Positions 51,150 to 63,515 are shown, counted from the first letter of the stretch. The stretch: DNA of 64,000 nt from Leucoraja ocellata (GCA_036785375.1 JAWMAR010000245.1:372001-436000); one strand, 5' to 3'. A program made the numbers and translations. The notes: a model not told the origin generated them from the letters alone.

Positions 51150-53005
51150 CAAGAACAAAGATACAACCAAACTCTAAATTGAAGGGGTGGCAGCAGAAAT
51201 AATGGATGGAGTGAAAATTGTAAAGAGGGGTGTACTGAAAAGCCTGGCTCTACTTAAATTTAACAAGCCATTTGGTTCAGATGGATGCATGCCATAATGC
51301 TTGGGGTGCAGATTGCAGAAGGCTTGCCATTACTTTCCAATCCTGCCTTGTTCCAAGGGAAGTGCCAGAGGTCTGGAAAATAACAAATTTAACACCCTTG
51401 ATCTAAATGGGGCATAAAGACATACAAGAAGAGGCTGGTCAGTTTAACCTCAGTGGTGGAGAAATTGTTAAACTATGTGCTGGAGGATTTTGTAGAAACT
51501 TTGATTATAATTATTTGATTGTCCCTGAGGATATGCCAGAGGAATGAAGGACTGCTAATATTGTGTAATTAAAAGAGGAGGAAGGGATAAACTGAGAAAT
51601 TACAGGCTGGTTGATTTGACTCCAGTGGTTTTAGAAAAGTTTGGAATCAATTCTAAGGGACAGTATCAATCTACATGTGCAAAGACAGATTTATTGTGGG
51701 CCATCAGTATGGATTTGTGAAGTGAAGATCCTCGCTGATGAATTGATTACATTGTTTTATGTGGATATATCAAGAGTTGGGAAGGGTGGTGCATTTGATG
51801 TAGCCTAGAAAGATTTTAGCAACGTTTCTGGCAAAAAAAAAAGTTAAAAACATGGAATTTGAAGATGTTCACATATTCTGTTGTCCTGCTGCAAGTAAGA
51901 ATTTAATTGTTCTATCTGGGATGTGTGAGAATAAAACACTCTTCATGATGTGGAAAATTACATCTGAAATTGGCAGTGACAGGAAGCAAGGTGTAACAGT
52001 TCTAACTTAAAATCTGCTGCCAGTGCATGTATTGTAATATAAATTATGGATTTTGGCTTAAATGTAGAGTTATGATGAAGAAGTTCATAGAAGATACAAT
52101 AGTGAGCATCCTTTTGAAACTTGACCACAGATAGAGATGGTCTGGTTGGACTTCATATGATTCAGATAAATTATTTCTGGTTCATTTAAAGAGGTGAAAT
52201 AGTGCGAGATATATAATAAAACCCCTGTCCCACGGTACGAGTTCATTCCAAGAGTTCTCCCGAGTTTGCCCTGATTCGAACTCGGAGGTTTACAGTAATG
52301 GCCACTCGTCGCAAAATCTTCACGAGTTTTCTCGTGCTTACCTGCTGTTAGCGAGTCTTCCCCAGTACCTGCCGTTAGCGTTACGAGCCGCTAAGAGATG
52401 TCCCCGAGCTCCGACGTACCCGCTACGTTCATTCTCCGTGCTTACCACGAGTTTGATTTTTTTTTAAACTCGGGAGAGCTCTTGGAATGAACTCGTAGTG
52501 TGGGACAGGGCTTTAAATTGAAAGATATTGAGTACTGTAGAAGAGCTGCACGTGGACTGTGATATGTGTGTACGTCCAAAGATCCTGGAAGTTAGCAAGA
52601 AAGGTGGTTAAAAAGACATTCCGAATGTTTTCCTTTAACAGCTGAGGTAGAGTCGGTTAGATACAACTGTACAGAATACCAGTTTTTGAGCACTGCGTGG
52701 AGTTCTTCCCACCCCTTTACAAGAAAGATGTGACTGTAGCACAAAGGGTGCAGAGGAGATTTATGAGAGTGTTGCTGGGACTGGCAGATTGTGGCTATGA
52801 TGAAAGATTGGAAAAGCTAGGGTTGTTTTCTTTGGAACTGTGGAGGTTAGGCAGACTGCGTAGAAGTGTATAAAATACATGAGAGAGAGTAAATGAGAAG
52901 AACCTATTTCCTTTGGTAAAGAGATCAAAAACTGTGGTTGTAGATTTAAATTGGTAGGGAATTAAAAGGGAAATGAGGAAAAACGATCTTTCACCTGGGG
53001 GATGG
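51150..53005 (+). mobile_element. Old degenerate CR1 ORF2 remnants in a WNT5B intron
   Basis: VPE.W..AN, NYR.V.LT.VV, Q.GFV, DF..AF and VQRRF.R.LP...LGLFSLE remnants; interrupted by the Harbinger MITE. Confidence 0.7.
52220..52513. mobile_element. PIF/Harbinger-like MITE in a WNT5B intron
   Basis: About 48-bp imperfect TIRs AACCCCTGTCCCAC...GAGTTCATTCCAAGAG.TCTCCCGAGTTT and the complement; TAA on both flanks. Confidence 0.85.
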
Positions 53006-53052
53006 TCGGGCAGGCTTTTACACTGACTATACTTTCTTTTGTCCTTTTTCAG

Positions 53053-53345
53053 GTAGCCGAGAGACGGCTTTCACTTATTCTATATCGGCAGCAGGAGTGG
53101 TGAATGCAATAAGTCGTGCGTGCCGTGAAGGGGAGCTCTCAACCTGTGGGTGCAGCAGAGCTGCCAGACCCAAGGAACTTCCCCGAGATTGGCTGTGGGG
53201 CGGCTGTGGTGACAACGCAGAATACGGCTACAGGTTTGCCAAAGAGTTTGTGGATGCCAGGGAGAGGGAGAAAAATTACCCCAAAGGCTCAGAAGATCAT
53301 GCCAGGACGCTAATGAACCTGCAGAACAATGAAGCTGGCAGGAGG
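53053..53345 (+). CDS. WNT5B: Wnt-5b third coding exon (GSRETAF...WLWGGCGDN...NNEAGRR)
   Basis: Polypyrimidine acceptor ttttcag|GT, donor AGG|GTAAGA, 293 nt. REREKN and LQNNEAG are Wnt5b-type. Confidence 0.96.
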
Positions 53346-53511
53346 GTAAGAAATGGAGATGCTTTATCATTTAACACATAACCTCTGGAGACAAATACAT
53401 TCCCATTCCCTGCTCTTTCCCAACGTGTTGTATTGTCTATTGTTTATCACTTTCTCTTCATCTGTGCATTTCTACATCATATACCCTCATAAATAGTTTT
53501 GCCTCCATTCA

Positions 53512-53728
53512 TGGAAACGTAGAAAATAGGTGCAGGAGTAGGCCATTCGGCCCTTCGAGCCTGCACCGCCATTCAATATGATCATGGCTGATCATCCAAC
53601 TCAGTATCCTGTACCTGCCTTCTCTCCATACCCCCTGATCCCTTTAGCCACAAGGGCCACATCTAACTCCCTCTTAAATGTAGCCAATGAACTGTGGCCT
53701 CAACTACCTTCTGTGGCAGAGAATTCCA
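53512..53728 (-). mobile_element. CR1 3' fragment
   Basis: Reverse-complement match to 9645-9860. Confidence 0.88.
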
Positions 53729-54572
53729 GCCATCACAATATTTATTTTAATATATCTTTGAATATTTATTTGTTTATTCACCCACCTATTGACCACTCAA
53801 CCATTCACTTTTAGTTTGGTTTTTAATATTGCATTTTCACAGTTGTACTTTGGAATTGTGAGTAGTTTTAATTATTGCTCTTTTAAGCTTTAATAATTTA
53901 TGTACATAAAGATGAACATTTACCACCTATATTTTCTATGAGATTCTTAAATGTTAATCAGATTGAAATTTCATCATTCTATCTATTTTCCCTGCTGGAA
54001 TCTCAGAGAATAATTTGTATATGCGTCATATTATTTTATGATGGGTTTCTAGACTATCTGAAAGTAAATGTATTGGGAATGAGATTTGATTTGCAATTTC
54101 TATTCTGAAATCTGTTGGAAAAACAAGCAAAAAAAAATCTCCTCCTGGGATTGCATTGTTTGGGACATTTATCAGGCAATAATAAAGAAAGTTTGTAAAG
54201 GGTTTCAGCGAATGGAGAAGTGTATTAGTTCTCTGGGCTGAGTCATTATTAATATGACTGTTGGACCCAGTGATCGAGTGCTTGCAGGTTCCTGCTGAAA
54301 TTAATTTGTTCCTGTTTTGACTTCTGTGGGCTTCTCTCTGGCCTTACTTCACATCTGCTTCGACAGGCAAGAGTCCTGACAACTTAATAACATTAAAAAA
54401 GACTGCAGATCCTGTCCCCTCTCCCATCAGGCAAAAGGTATAGAAGTGTGATTTGGGGGGGATTCCCAGCTGTTATTAGGCAACTTTGAGTCATCCTGCC
54501 ACAACCAGAGAGCAGTGCTGAACTACTACCTACCTCTTTGGTGATCTTCGGACTATCCTTGATAGGACTTTG

Positions 54573-54776
54573 TGTTCAAGAAGGAACTGCAGATGCTGGA
54601 AAATCGAAGGTACAGAAAATTGCTGGAGAAACTCAGCGGGTGCAGCAGCATCTAGGAGCGAAGGAAATAGGCAACGTTTCGGGTCTGAAGAAGGGTTTCG
54701 GCCCGAAACGTTGCCTATTTCCTTTGCTCCTAGATGCTGCTGCACCCGCTGAGTTTCTCCAGCAATTTTGTGTACC
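54573..54776. mobile_element. PLE-derived fold-back element in the last WNT5B intron, nested in a Rex1-like tail
   Basis: TSD CCTTGATAGGACTTTG at 54557-54572 and 54775-54790. Confidence 0.9.
54682..54715 (+). ncRNA. Minimal hammerhead motif, sense to the WNT5B pre-mRNA
   Basis: ggt-CTGAAGA-A-GGGTTTCGGCCC-GAAACGTT-gcc at the apex of a fold-back element. Confidence 0.65.
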
Positions 54777-55229
54777 TTGATAGGACTTTGCTGGCTTTAC
54801 CTTGCACTAAACGTTATTCCCATATCATGTATCTACACACTGCAATTGGCTCGATTACAATCATGTATTGTCTTTCTGCTGACTGGATAGCACACGACAA
54901 AAGCTCTTCACCGTGGTACACGTGACAATAAACTAAACTGTAAATCCAAAATAAAAGCAGAAAATGCTGGAAACACTCAGTTGGTCCGGCCACATCATAG
55001 GAAGAGAAACAGAGTTACTATTTCATGTTGAAGATCCTTTGTCATAACAGTCTTCAGATAGATTGTGATTATATGATAGTAGTATAAAAAGATAAGAACA
55101 TAGGTAAAAATAAATCTATAATAATGGGCTGGATCCCATTTACTCCATGCACTCAGCATGTGATCTACTGTTAAATTTTACCTATTAATCTTTGTCCCAT
55201 GCCAGTTCCTAAGCCATCTCATAATTACT

Positions 55230-55640
55230 AGTGGGCCTTTACTCGCTGGAGTTTAGCAGGATGAGGGGAGGGGGCCTCATTGAAAATTACCAAATTGTGA
55301 AAGGCATGGATAGAGTAGATGTAGCTAGGATGTTTACACTAGTGGGAGAGTCTAGGACCAGATGTCACAGCCTCAGAATTAAAGAACGTTCCTTTACCAA
55401 GATGAGGAGGAATTTCTTTAGTCACAGGGTAGTGAATCTGTGGAATTCTTCGCCACAGAAGGCTGTGAAGGCCAAGTCAATCGATATTTGTAAGGCAGAT
55501 AGATACTTGATTAATACTGGTTTTAGGGGTTATGGGGAGAAGGCAGGAGAATGGGGTTAGGAGGGAGAGATACATCAGCTATGATTGAATGGAGGAGTAG
55601 ATTTGGAGTAGGTCTGAATGGCCTAATTCTGCTACTATCA
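55230..55640 (+). mobile_element. CR1 3' fragment
   Basis: GLYSLEFSRMRG...SRTR.HSLRI...NFFSHRVVNLWNS. Confidence 0.85.
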
Positions 55641-56289
55641 CATGAACATATACTACGTTGTGTAACTGTCTTGCCACCAATCCAAGCTGGATTCTGCCCC
55701 AAAAACCTCTGAGTCTCTGACATATTTTGTGGGCTCAATGTTACTTTAAATGCATTTCTACCTGAAGCAAGTTACACAAGTGCAAGCTGTTATTGAACAA
55801 CTCCTATCTGCAGAGGACAGCAACAGGTGTGTTTCTTGTGTTGTGTGGTAAGATATCCAAGGGCTGCCTGTGTAGGTCTACATGTCACCACCTTCATGCT
55901 CAGATCATGGAAATTAGCCCAAAACCAAACCTAGGATTTCTCAGCAATTCTGTATAGCACCATATCCTGAACTTGAATAAAAATATATTTCTTATCGAGT
56001 GCACGCTACTTTTTATTTTGTCTTAAATTACTTGAAATTTGCTGCTTTATTTTTCTCCTACAATTTTTCGTTCCTTGTTCTCTCTTGATGGTGCGAGTCT
56101 GTTTCTGACTGTGTCTCTCACCAATTATGCAATTATACTCTAACATCATTTGTTTCATTAGCAATCGGGACCATGAATCCTAATCCTTAGGCTCTCTCTG
56201 CCACCCATAGAAATAGAGTGTAACTAATTTTGCACCTGGAATTAATAGATCTGTTGGGCGTTATTCATAACTGGGCATTGACATATCTT

Positions 56290-56477
56290 GTTTAAGAGGG
56301 AACTGCAGATGCTGGAGAATCGAAGGTTACACAAAAAAGCTGGAGAAACTCAGCGGGTGCAGCAGCATCTATGGAGCGAAGGAAATAGGCAACGTTTCGG
56401 GCCGAAACGTTGCCTATTTCCTTCGCTCCATAGATGCTGCTGCACCCGCTGAGTTTCTCCAGCTTTTTTGTGTAACC
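56290..56477. mobile_element. PLE-derived perfect palindrome in the last WNT5B intron
   Basis: 76-bp perfect arms at 56325-56400 and 56402-56477. TSD CATTGACATATCTT at 56276-56289 and 56477-56490. Confidence 0.92.
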
Positions 56478-56541
56478 ATTGACATATCTTACTTGTTTCA
56501 TGAAATCAATTTCTAAAGGTGGTTTTGTCCTTTTATTCCAG

Positions 56542-57000
56542 GCTGTGTATAATCTGGCAGACGTGGCGTGCAAGTGCCACGGAGTGTCTGGTTCCTGCAG
56601 CCTGAAGACATGTTGGCTTCAACTGGCTGATTTCCGGAAGGTGGGCGATCTGTTGAAGGAAAAGTATGACAGTGCAGCTGCCATGAAGATCAACCGCAAA
56701 GGGAAGCTGGAACTGGTAAACAATCGCTTCAACCCTCCCACGGCAGACGATCTCGTTTACCTCGACCAGAGCCCTGACTATTGTGTGAAGAATGAGACCA
56801 CAGGTTCACTGGGCACCACAGGCCGCCTATGCAACAAGACGTCGGAGGGCATGGATGGCTGTGAGCTAATGTGCTGCGGGCGGGGTTACGACCAGTTCAA
56901 GACCGTACAAGTCGAAAGATGCCATTGTAAATTCCATTGGTGTTGCTACGTCAAATGTAAAAAGTGCACCCAGATAGTTGATCAGTTTGTTTGCAAATAA
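56542..57000 (+). CDS. WNT5B: Wnt-5b last coding exon ([19 protein letters not shown]...[14 protein letters not shown])
   Basis: Acceptor ttccag|GCT, Wnt signature [10 protein letters not shown] with the lipidated serine, TAA at 56998-57000. Exons sum to 80+248+293+459=1080 nt = 359 aa plus stop. Confidence 0.97.
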   Translation, partial: AVYNLADVACKCHGVSGSCSLKTCWLQLADFRKVGDLLKEKYDSAAAMKINRKGKLELVNNRFNPPTADDLVYLDQSPDYCVKNETTGSLGTTGRLCNKTSEGMDGCELMCCGRGYDQFKTVQVERCHCKFHWCCYVKCKKCTQIVDQFVCK

Positions 57001-57876
57001 CTCCAAAAAAAGAACCTTCTGTTGTAACGAGCGCCCAAAAGTCTTCACTTGTCCAAGCACAAGTGCTAACATGGTGAATGTATGCATCCTTAGACTTCAG
57101 AAGAGAAACAGAATCACTTACCAGATAAAATGAACATCTTTATAATCACTTCTAAAAGAATATATGTGTATATATTTATATATATATAATTAACTGGATC
57201 TAGTTACTGCACTCTGCCTTTAGCTTCTCTGGATCTCCTTGTACAGGAGTGTAGCAATAATGACCAAGTCTTGTCTGCTGACTATTTATTGAAGATGAGG
57301 TCACAAAATTTTGCATTCTGACCTAATTTAATTCAGTCTTGAAAGCCATCTTTTGTCTTCTCCTCCCATCACCATTTTCACCAGCTACTTCATTAAAGTA
57401 CCGTATCTGTTGTAAATAAACAAGCAGCAGCCTAACACCATTAGCCTGGACTGCTCACAAACAAGGAACCTTACAAGTGAACTGAAAGAGAAAGGAAAAT
57501 GATCCTGTAAGGCGTCGGTACCAGTTTGCGTTAATCCATTTTAAGTTGCTTGATCTTTTTTTCTTTCAAATAGCTGTTCGTGTATTTTGTATTTTGCAAC
57601 TTAATAACCTGCACTGTTGTTTTGCAAAATTTATTATCCATCTTTGCAAGGTTCTTGAATACCTTTTCCTTACATTCTGCACAAATGTGTATATATGCTT
57701 GTACTTAAAACATGTGCCAGAATGAACACAGGCATGTCCCTCCCAATTATACTGCGACTTCAATTTGTGCAAAGATACATATTTTAAGATTAAATATCGT
57801 TTGGTTGCGTAGAATGTTATAAATATTATTTTTCTCTAATAATAGTTAAAATTGAATGATGGAAACGCAGTTTTAA

Positions 57877-57951
57877 AATAAAATGTGGAAATTGAAAATG
57901 CGGATACTACACTTGTGAGAATAAAACCAAATGAGAAACAAACTTAATAAA
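57877..57951 (+). terminator. Cluster of WNT5B polyadenylation signals
   Basis: AATAAA at 57877, 57920 and 57946, followed by T/GT-rich sequence near 58030-58055; TE sequence resumes at about 58120. Confidence 0.6.
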
Positions 57952-58508
57952 ACATATTCTCAAAAAGCTAAAACTCAAAGATGGCTGTCCAAAAACAACA
58001 TCTTTTCATTTGCTAATATCTATTGACTTTTAATGTGTCAATGTCTTTTTGTCAGCTGATGATGGATAGTAAATTCTAAAAGTGTAAATGAGAACCTGTA
58101 TATACTTAATTAATAGAGACATTGAGCAGGAGTCGGTCATTTTGCCCTTTAAGCCTGCTCTACCATCGTATTACCATTTTCCTGCCCTCTCTCTTGATGC
58201 CTGCGTATCTAGAAATCTATCTATCCCTTAAATGTATTGTGACTTCTACAGCTTCACCACCCTTTGAAGGAATACATTTCCATTCATCTCAGCCTTACGT
58301 ATTGTCAAGGTAAACGCCCTACATGACAGGATTTTGCTTGTTTCCATGAAATCTCTCAATTGCTTTTAGCTCTAGTGAATATAGTCAATCCGATCTCGCA
58401 TCGTACAACAATCCCACCGTGCCAGGATTCAATCTGATGAGCCTCCCTCTGCAGCAAATACATTTCTTAATTGGGGAAACACAAAGTATTCACACAATAC
58501 TCCAGATG

Positions 58509-58814
58509 ACGGCGCAGCGGTAGAGTTGCTGCCTTACAGCGCCAGAGACCCCGATACGATCCTGACTATGGCTGCTGTCTGTACTGAGTTTGTACGTTCC
58601 CCCCGTGACCTGGGTGGGCTTACTCCGGAAAGTTCCAGTTTCCTCCCAGACTCCAAAGACGTACAGGTTTGCAGGTTAATTGGTTTGGTAAAATTGTAAA
58701 AACTGTCCCTAGTGTGTAGGATGGTGTTAGTGTGTGGGAATCACTGGTCGGTGTGGACTCGGTGGGCCGAAGGGCCTGTTTCCGCGCTGTATCTCTAAAC
58801 CAAACTAAACTAAA
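58509..58814 (+). mobile_element. V-SINE (HE1-like) nested in a minus-strand CR1 remnant
   Basis: GGCGCAGCGGTAGAG head, V-domain, GGGCCGAAGGGCCTGTTTCC and (AAACT)n tail. Confidence 0.88.
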
Positions 58815-59482
58815 ATGTGGTCACTAAAGCCCTGTATAATTGTAATAAGAAATATTTGCTTTTAGTGACCAGGATAATTGAACCTCAGATCCCTTTTCCC
58901 AACAACATATCTCAATCTATCGAAATAATGTTACTGCTTTCTTTTTTTTTGCAAAGTCGACTTATCCATATTATATTAGATCTGTATATGCTCACAATTG
59001 TCTTCAAGTCTCGATATCATCCTCAAAACTCCAGCAAGTTAAATGTTAGTTGGCAAATGTCACCTTTCATCCATCCATCCATCCAATCTTTGGATGTGTA
59101 TTGTGAATCACTGGCACCAGGCACTCACTCCCCCTGTGGTAACCTACTGCCACCCTGAAAGGAATCATTTATTCCTACTGTTTCTTGTCTGTCAACCAAT
59201 TTTCAATCCCTGCCAGTATATTACACCCAATCCCATGTGCAATCATTATGCAATCTAACATGTGGAAGTTTATCAAAAGCTGTCTAAAAATCCAAATACA
59301 TCACAATAATTGGGTTTTCCTCTCTACCAATACATCGCCAAAAACTCCAGTAAGTTTGTCAAACACGATTTTCCTTTCATAAATCAATGTGGACTTTGTC
59401 TAACTCTGATGGGTTTTTTTTAATGTCCAGTTATAATATCCTTGATAATCACATTGTAAATGTCTTTGGTCGTTGTGGACTC

Positions 59483-59615
59483 GGTCTGAAGAAGGGTCTC
59501 GATCCGAAACATTACCTATTTCCTTCGCTCCATGAATGCTGCCTCACCCGCTGAGTTTCTGCAGCATTTTTGTCTACCTTCGATTTTTCCAGCATCTGCA
59601 GTTCCTTCTTAAACA
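59483..59615 (+). mobile_element. PLE terminal repeat, single long arm starting at the hammerhead motif
   Basis: GGTCTGAAGAAGGGTCTCGATCCGAAACATTACC...CCAGCATCTGCAGTTCCTTCTTAAAC. Confidence 0.8.
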
Positions 59616-61607
59616 TTGAAACAGTCTTTAGCCTTTTCCTCACTGATGAAGATAGACTAAATCGGCTGTAGAGTCAAAGATATACATCATGGAAACAGGC
59701 CCTTGGGTCCACCTTGTCCATGCCGACCAAGTTGGCATACTGGGCGAATACTATTTGTAGTTTAATGCTTTCTCTCAATACTAGTGTAATTAATGGGATT
59801 ATCAATACCACCCTCTAATCTGCAGGAGCCATTTCTCAATATGTATTGACTTTTGGAAGATGATAACCAATGTAACCATTATTTTCATGGCTATTTTTAA
59901 AAATATTCTGGATGCAACCCTGTGGATTTTATGACCTTAGTTTCTCTGGCACTTTTCTCCCCTTATTGATTCCCCTCACTTCTTTTCATTATACTGTATA
60001 TCAGATGGAATATTTGTGACATCTAGTAATCTTACACCTGTGTGTTAATGCACTATCTGCAAAAACTTTGAAATTGTTTGAAAGAATAAAATAAATGTGG
60101 GAGTCGATTGAAGAATTCTTTTTACAATTTAATTGTTTACATTGTATTGGGATATTATGTATTGCTATTTAACAATATTTTTTTTATCTCACATGCCTGC
60201 ATTTCATTTCAATACAAGAAACACATAAGCCATTCACTTAGTCACTGTCTGGATCTAAAGTAAAACTGTAATTATACTTTTTAATTAACACAGGTTTGGT
60301 AGCTATAAATTATTTAACATGACGTCTAATTTGATAACAAGCCTTTCTTCATTGCAAAGTTTTTTTTTAAATGGCATCCTTACCTCAAACAACTATAATA
60401 AAGATTTTGGAGAATTCTTCATGTTCTTGTTTATTTTGTCTTTGAGATTAATATTTCGTTGTTTGATGTTAGAATATCTGCATACATCAGGTTGCTTTGT
60501 TCCACCAGTTAAATTAAGCAGTTTACAATTCTAATAAAAGGTTGCCACTCTGTAGTCTTTTTAAAATCTAAAGCAGTGCATTTTATACTTGTTTATGATA
60601 CAATAATTAAGCAATTATGCAGATGAATTGTCAATTTCAACATGATAGGTAGTTCAGGAGGTTTAAACTTGTTTTGTTTTTAAAACTTGGTCTGAATCCA
60701 GCAAATAAAAAAGCAAATCTACAGCTCTCACTTGAGACAAGTTTAGAAATATGACGATCTTGATTTCATTTTACGGGATTAAAAAATTCAACGTCTTTTA
60801 ACCAATTGGATTATTTTACCTAGTGAAGCCATACAAAATAACCATTAGGGAAATAAGAATGTCAAGAAACCTCCGAACTAATATCCTCCTTAAGTTTGGG
60901 TTATGACAGATTGTCTTTGCAACAATAGCAATCAAATCATCTGTTGGGAAGTCTGGCTTCTGAGACATAAGTTATTTGGCCCACTGTTGTAAATCAAACC
61001 AATTTGAGTTTGCAGTATTTGGATTAGTAATTACTTTTGGATTTGCAATCTCATCATATCTAATTTAGACACAACAACGTTGAACATGGTAAGAGAAAGC
61101 CAGGAGCAACAAAGGAGTTAGTGAGGGAACAGCTGAGGGAGTTCATATCAATGAGGCAGAGAATAAGTAGCTGCAGAAAAAAACAGGGAAAGTTTCTGAA
61201 ATAAAAATAAAGTGTATTGGTCGTCTAATATGGCTTTTTCTAATGTTAACACTCTTACTTTTGTTATACCCCAAAACATTTATAGTGAGCAACTCAAATA
61301 ACAGCAAAGATATCACTGTGCTTGGTAAAAATACAGAAAATGCAACTAATTCAGATTGTGGCTTCACCAACAGGGATAGATTAGTTAAGAGGTTTAAGAG
61401 AATTCTGTTTGATATTCCATAAAGGATGGTGGACGATGTACACGAGTCTGAAAATAATTTAAATTGGAATGTGGAGCAGAATTTTCCTTTTGTTCCTGGG
61501 TTCAATCCTGATTCAAGCCAGTGCTGTCTGGGTGGAGTTTGCATCATTTCCCCAGCAAATGCATGAGTCTCTTCAGAGAGCTCCAATTTCTGCTTGCATT
61601 CCAAAGA

Positions 61608-61790
61608 TGAGTCTGTGGAATTCTCTGCCTCAGAGGGCAGTGGAGGCCGGTTCTCTGGATGCTTTCAAGAGAGAGCTAGATAGGGCTCTTAAAAATAGCA
61701 GAGTCGGGGGATACGGGGGGAGGCAGAACAGGGACATGATCAGCCATGATCACATTGAATGGCCTACTCCTGTACCTATTGTCTATTGTC
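61608..61790 (+). mobile_element. CR1 3' fragment nested in a degenerate V-SINE (about 61480-61870)
   Basis: SLWNSLPQRAVEAGSLDAFKRELDRAL and a (CTATTGT)2 tail; SINE sequence resumes after it. Confidence 0.8.
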
Positions 61791-61910
61791 TGAGCAGGTT
61801 GGTAGGTAAATTGGACACTAAATTACCCGTTGTATGGGTGGGTGGTGAAATCTGAAGCAAGTTGCTGGTAAGGGAGAAGAATAAAATGGAGTAAGTGGAG
61901 GATTGATGCC

Positions 61911-62418
61911 TGAACATTGTCCGGGAACATTGCCATCTGGTTTGGGAATTGCTCTGCCAAGGACAAGAAGGCTCTGCAGAGAGTAGGGCGTTCGGCTGAA
62001 CGCACTATGGGAATTTCACTCGCCCCCCCTGCAGGAACTATACAACAGGAGGTGCAACTCCAGAGCAAATAAAATCATGGGAGACCCCTTCCACCCCTGC
62101 AACGGACTGTTCCAGCTGCTACGGTCAGGCAAACGCCTCCGTTGCCATGCGGTGAGAACGGAGAGGTTGAGAAGGAGTTTCTTCCCAGAGGCAATTCGGA
62201 CTGTAAACGCCTATCTCACCAGGGACTAACTCTACAGAACGTTTTTCCTTCCATTATTTATTATGTAAAAGAATATGTGTGTTATGATTGTGTTTATAAT
62301 TTGTTTGGTTGTTTTGTTGTTTGTCTTTTGCACAAAAGTCCGCGAGCATTGCTACTTTCATTTCACTGCACATCTCGTATGTGTATGTGACAAATAAACT
62401 TGACTTGACTTGACTTGA
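61911..62418 (+). mobile_element. Rex1/Babar LINE 3' end
   Basis: IWFGNCSAKDKKALQRV...HPCNGLFQLLRSGKRLR...RLRRSFFPEAIRTVN; tail AATAAAC(TTGAC)n. Confidence 0.85.
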
Positions 62419-63279
62419 TGATCGATGCAGATTCAGAGACATGAAGGGCTCAATATCACCAATTTTATGTTTCAATGTTTGGATTTGTATGTGGTCTTTT
62501 AAAAAACTTTCTTCCCTAAAGGTGATGGAATATTGAGAAAATGTAATCTTGGTCATCTGTGCTAAACATGCATGAAAGTTGTACCTACTCCATATTAGAA
62601 ATTCAGTATTAGCGTTTTGAAATGGAAATTTTGGGAGTGAAACATAAAATACATGTGTTACTGTATTGCATGTTCAGCATGTGTTATACATATAGCGTGA
62701 GATGCACATTCTGCGTAACTGCTTGTTTTCACATGTTAAGCTTGTTCTTTAACAACTGTGTTACCAGCTTTGAAGCAATTGATTACCTTTTGCTAGTTTT
62801 CTACTTCGTAAATAGATGACTTCTCAACAGCTAGTTGTCAAATTCCACAGCATAGATTTCACTCCCTCAGAAACAAAGTTTTTTATCTGCATAATTCAGC
62901 AGACTCTCCAGTGTAAACTAATTTTCCCCCTCTCTGTCTCCGCGAAGAAACTCCCTCTCTGTGGCCTTTCATCTGCCTGTGAGTAAAATATTTAAATTAA
63001 ATCTTGCAACAAGTGATTGATAAATGCATGCATCTGTCATGGTGCAGATAAGCCCTCCTCCTCCTCATCATCATTCCCCCAGTTTAAAACTACAGCTTGA
63101 AAACTACAGGCAATCTGATATCTGGAACAGCTGAGAAAGTGGGAGAAATGCTCCGTTAGCTATCTTCCTTGCACATGCCCCTTGAATGGCCATTGGAGGA
63201 GGGCAATGAGAAGGAAAGGCAGCTGTGCGCAAATCCAACTGTAGCTAGAGGCAGCAATTCATTCAGCTGCAAGTGTTAT

Positions 63280-63515
63280 AGTGGCACAGCTAGTGGAACC
63301 GCTGCCTCGTAGTGCCAGAGACCTGGGTTTGATCCTGACCTCAGGTTCTGTCTATGTGGGGTTTGCATGTTCTCCCTGTGACCACATGGGTTTCTTGCGG
63401 GAGCTCCAGTTTCCTCCCGTATCCCAAGGGCGTGTGAGTTTGTAGATTATTTGGTCGCTGTAAATTGCTCCTTGTGTGTAAGGAGTGGATCAGAAAGTGC
63501 GATGATGTAGAACTA
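63280..63515 (+). mobile_element. V-SINE (HE1-like), diverged
   Basis: A/B box remnants and V-domain, similar to 3438-3748. Confidence 0.8.

Larger units (their letters stand above)
54412..54940 (+). mobile_element. Degenerate Rex1-like 3' end interrupted by a PLE fold-back
   Basis: LPSGKRYRSV-like remnant; tail GACAATAAACTAAACT. Confidence 0.6.

Noticed and set aside
56325-56477. Pre-miRNA call for the palindromes
   Set aside because: They are perfect repeat-derived stems with TSDs, and there is no read evidence; better explained as transposon insertions.
47869-57000. Assignment as WNT5A
   Set aside because: Diagnostic residues (QRPEM, REREKN, LQNN), the 359-aa length, the 248-nt exon and the FBXL14 neighbour all favour WNT5B.
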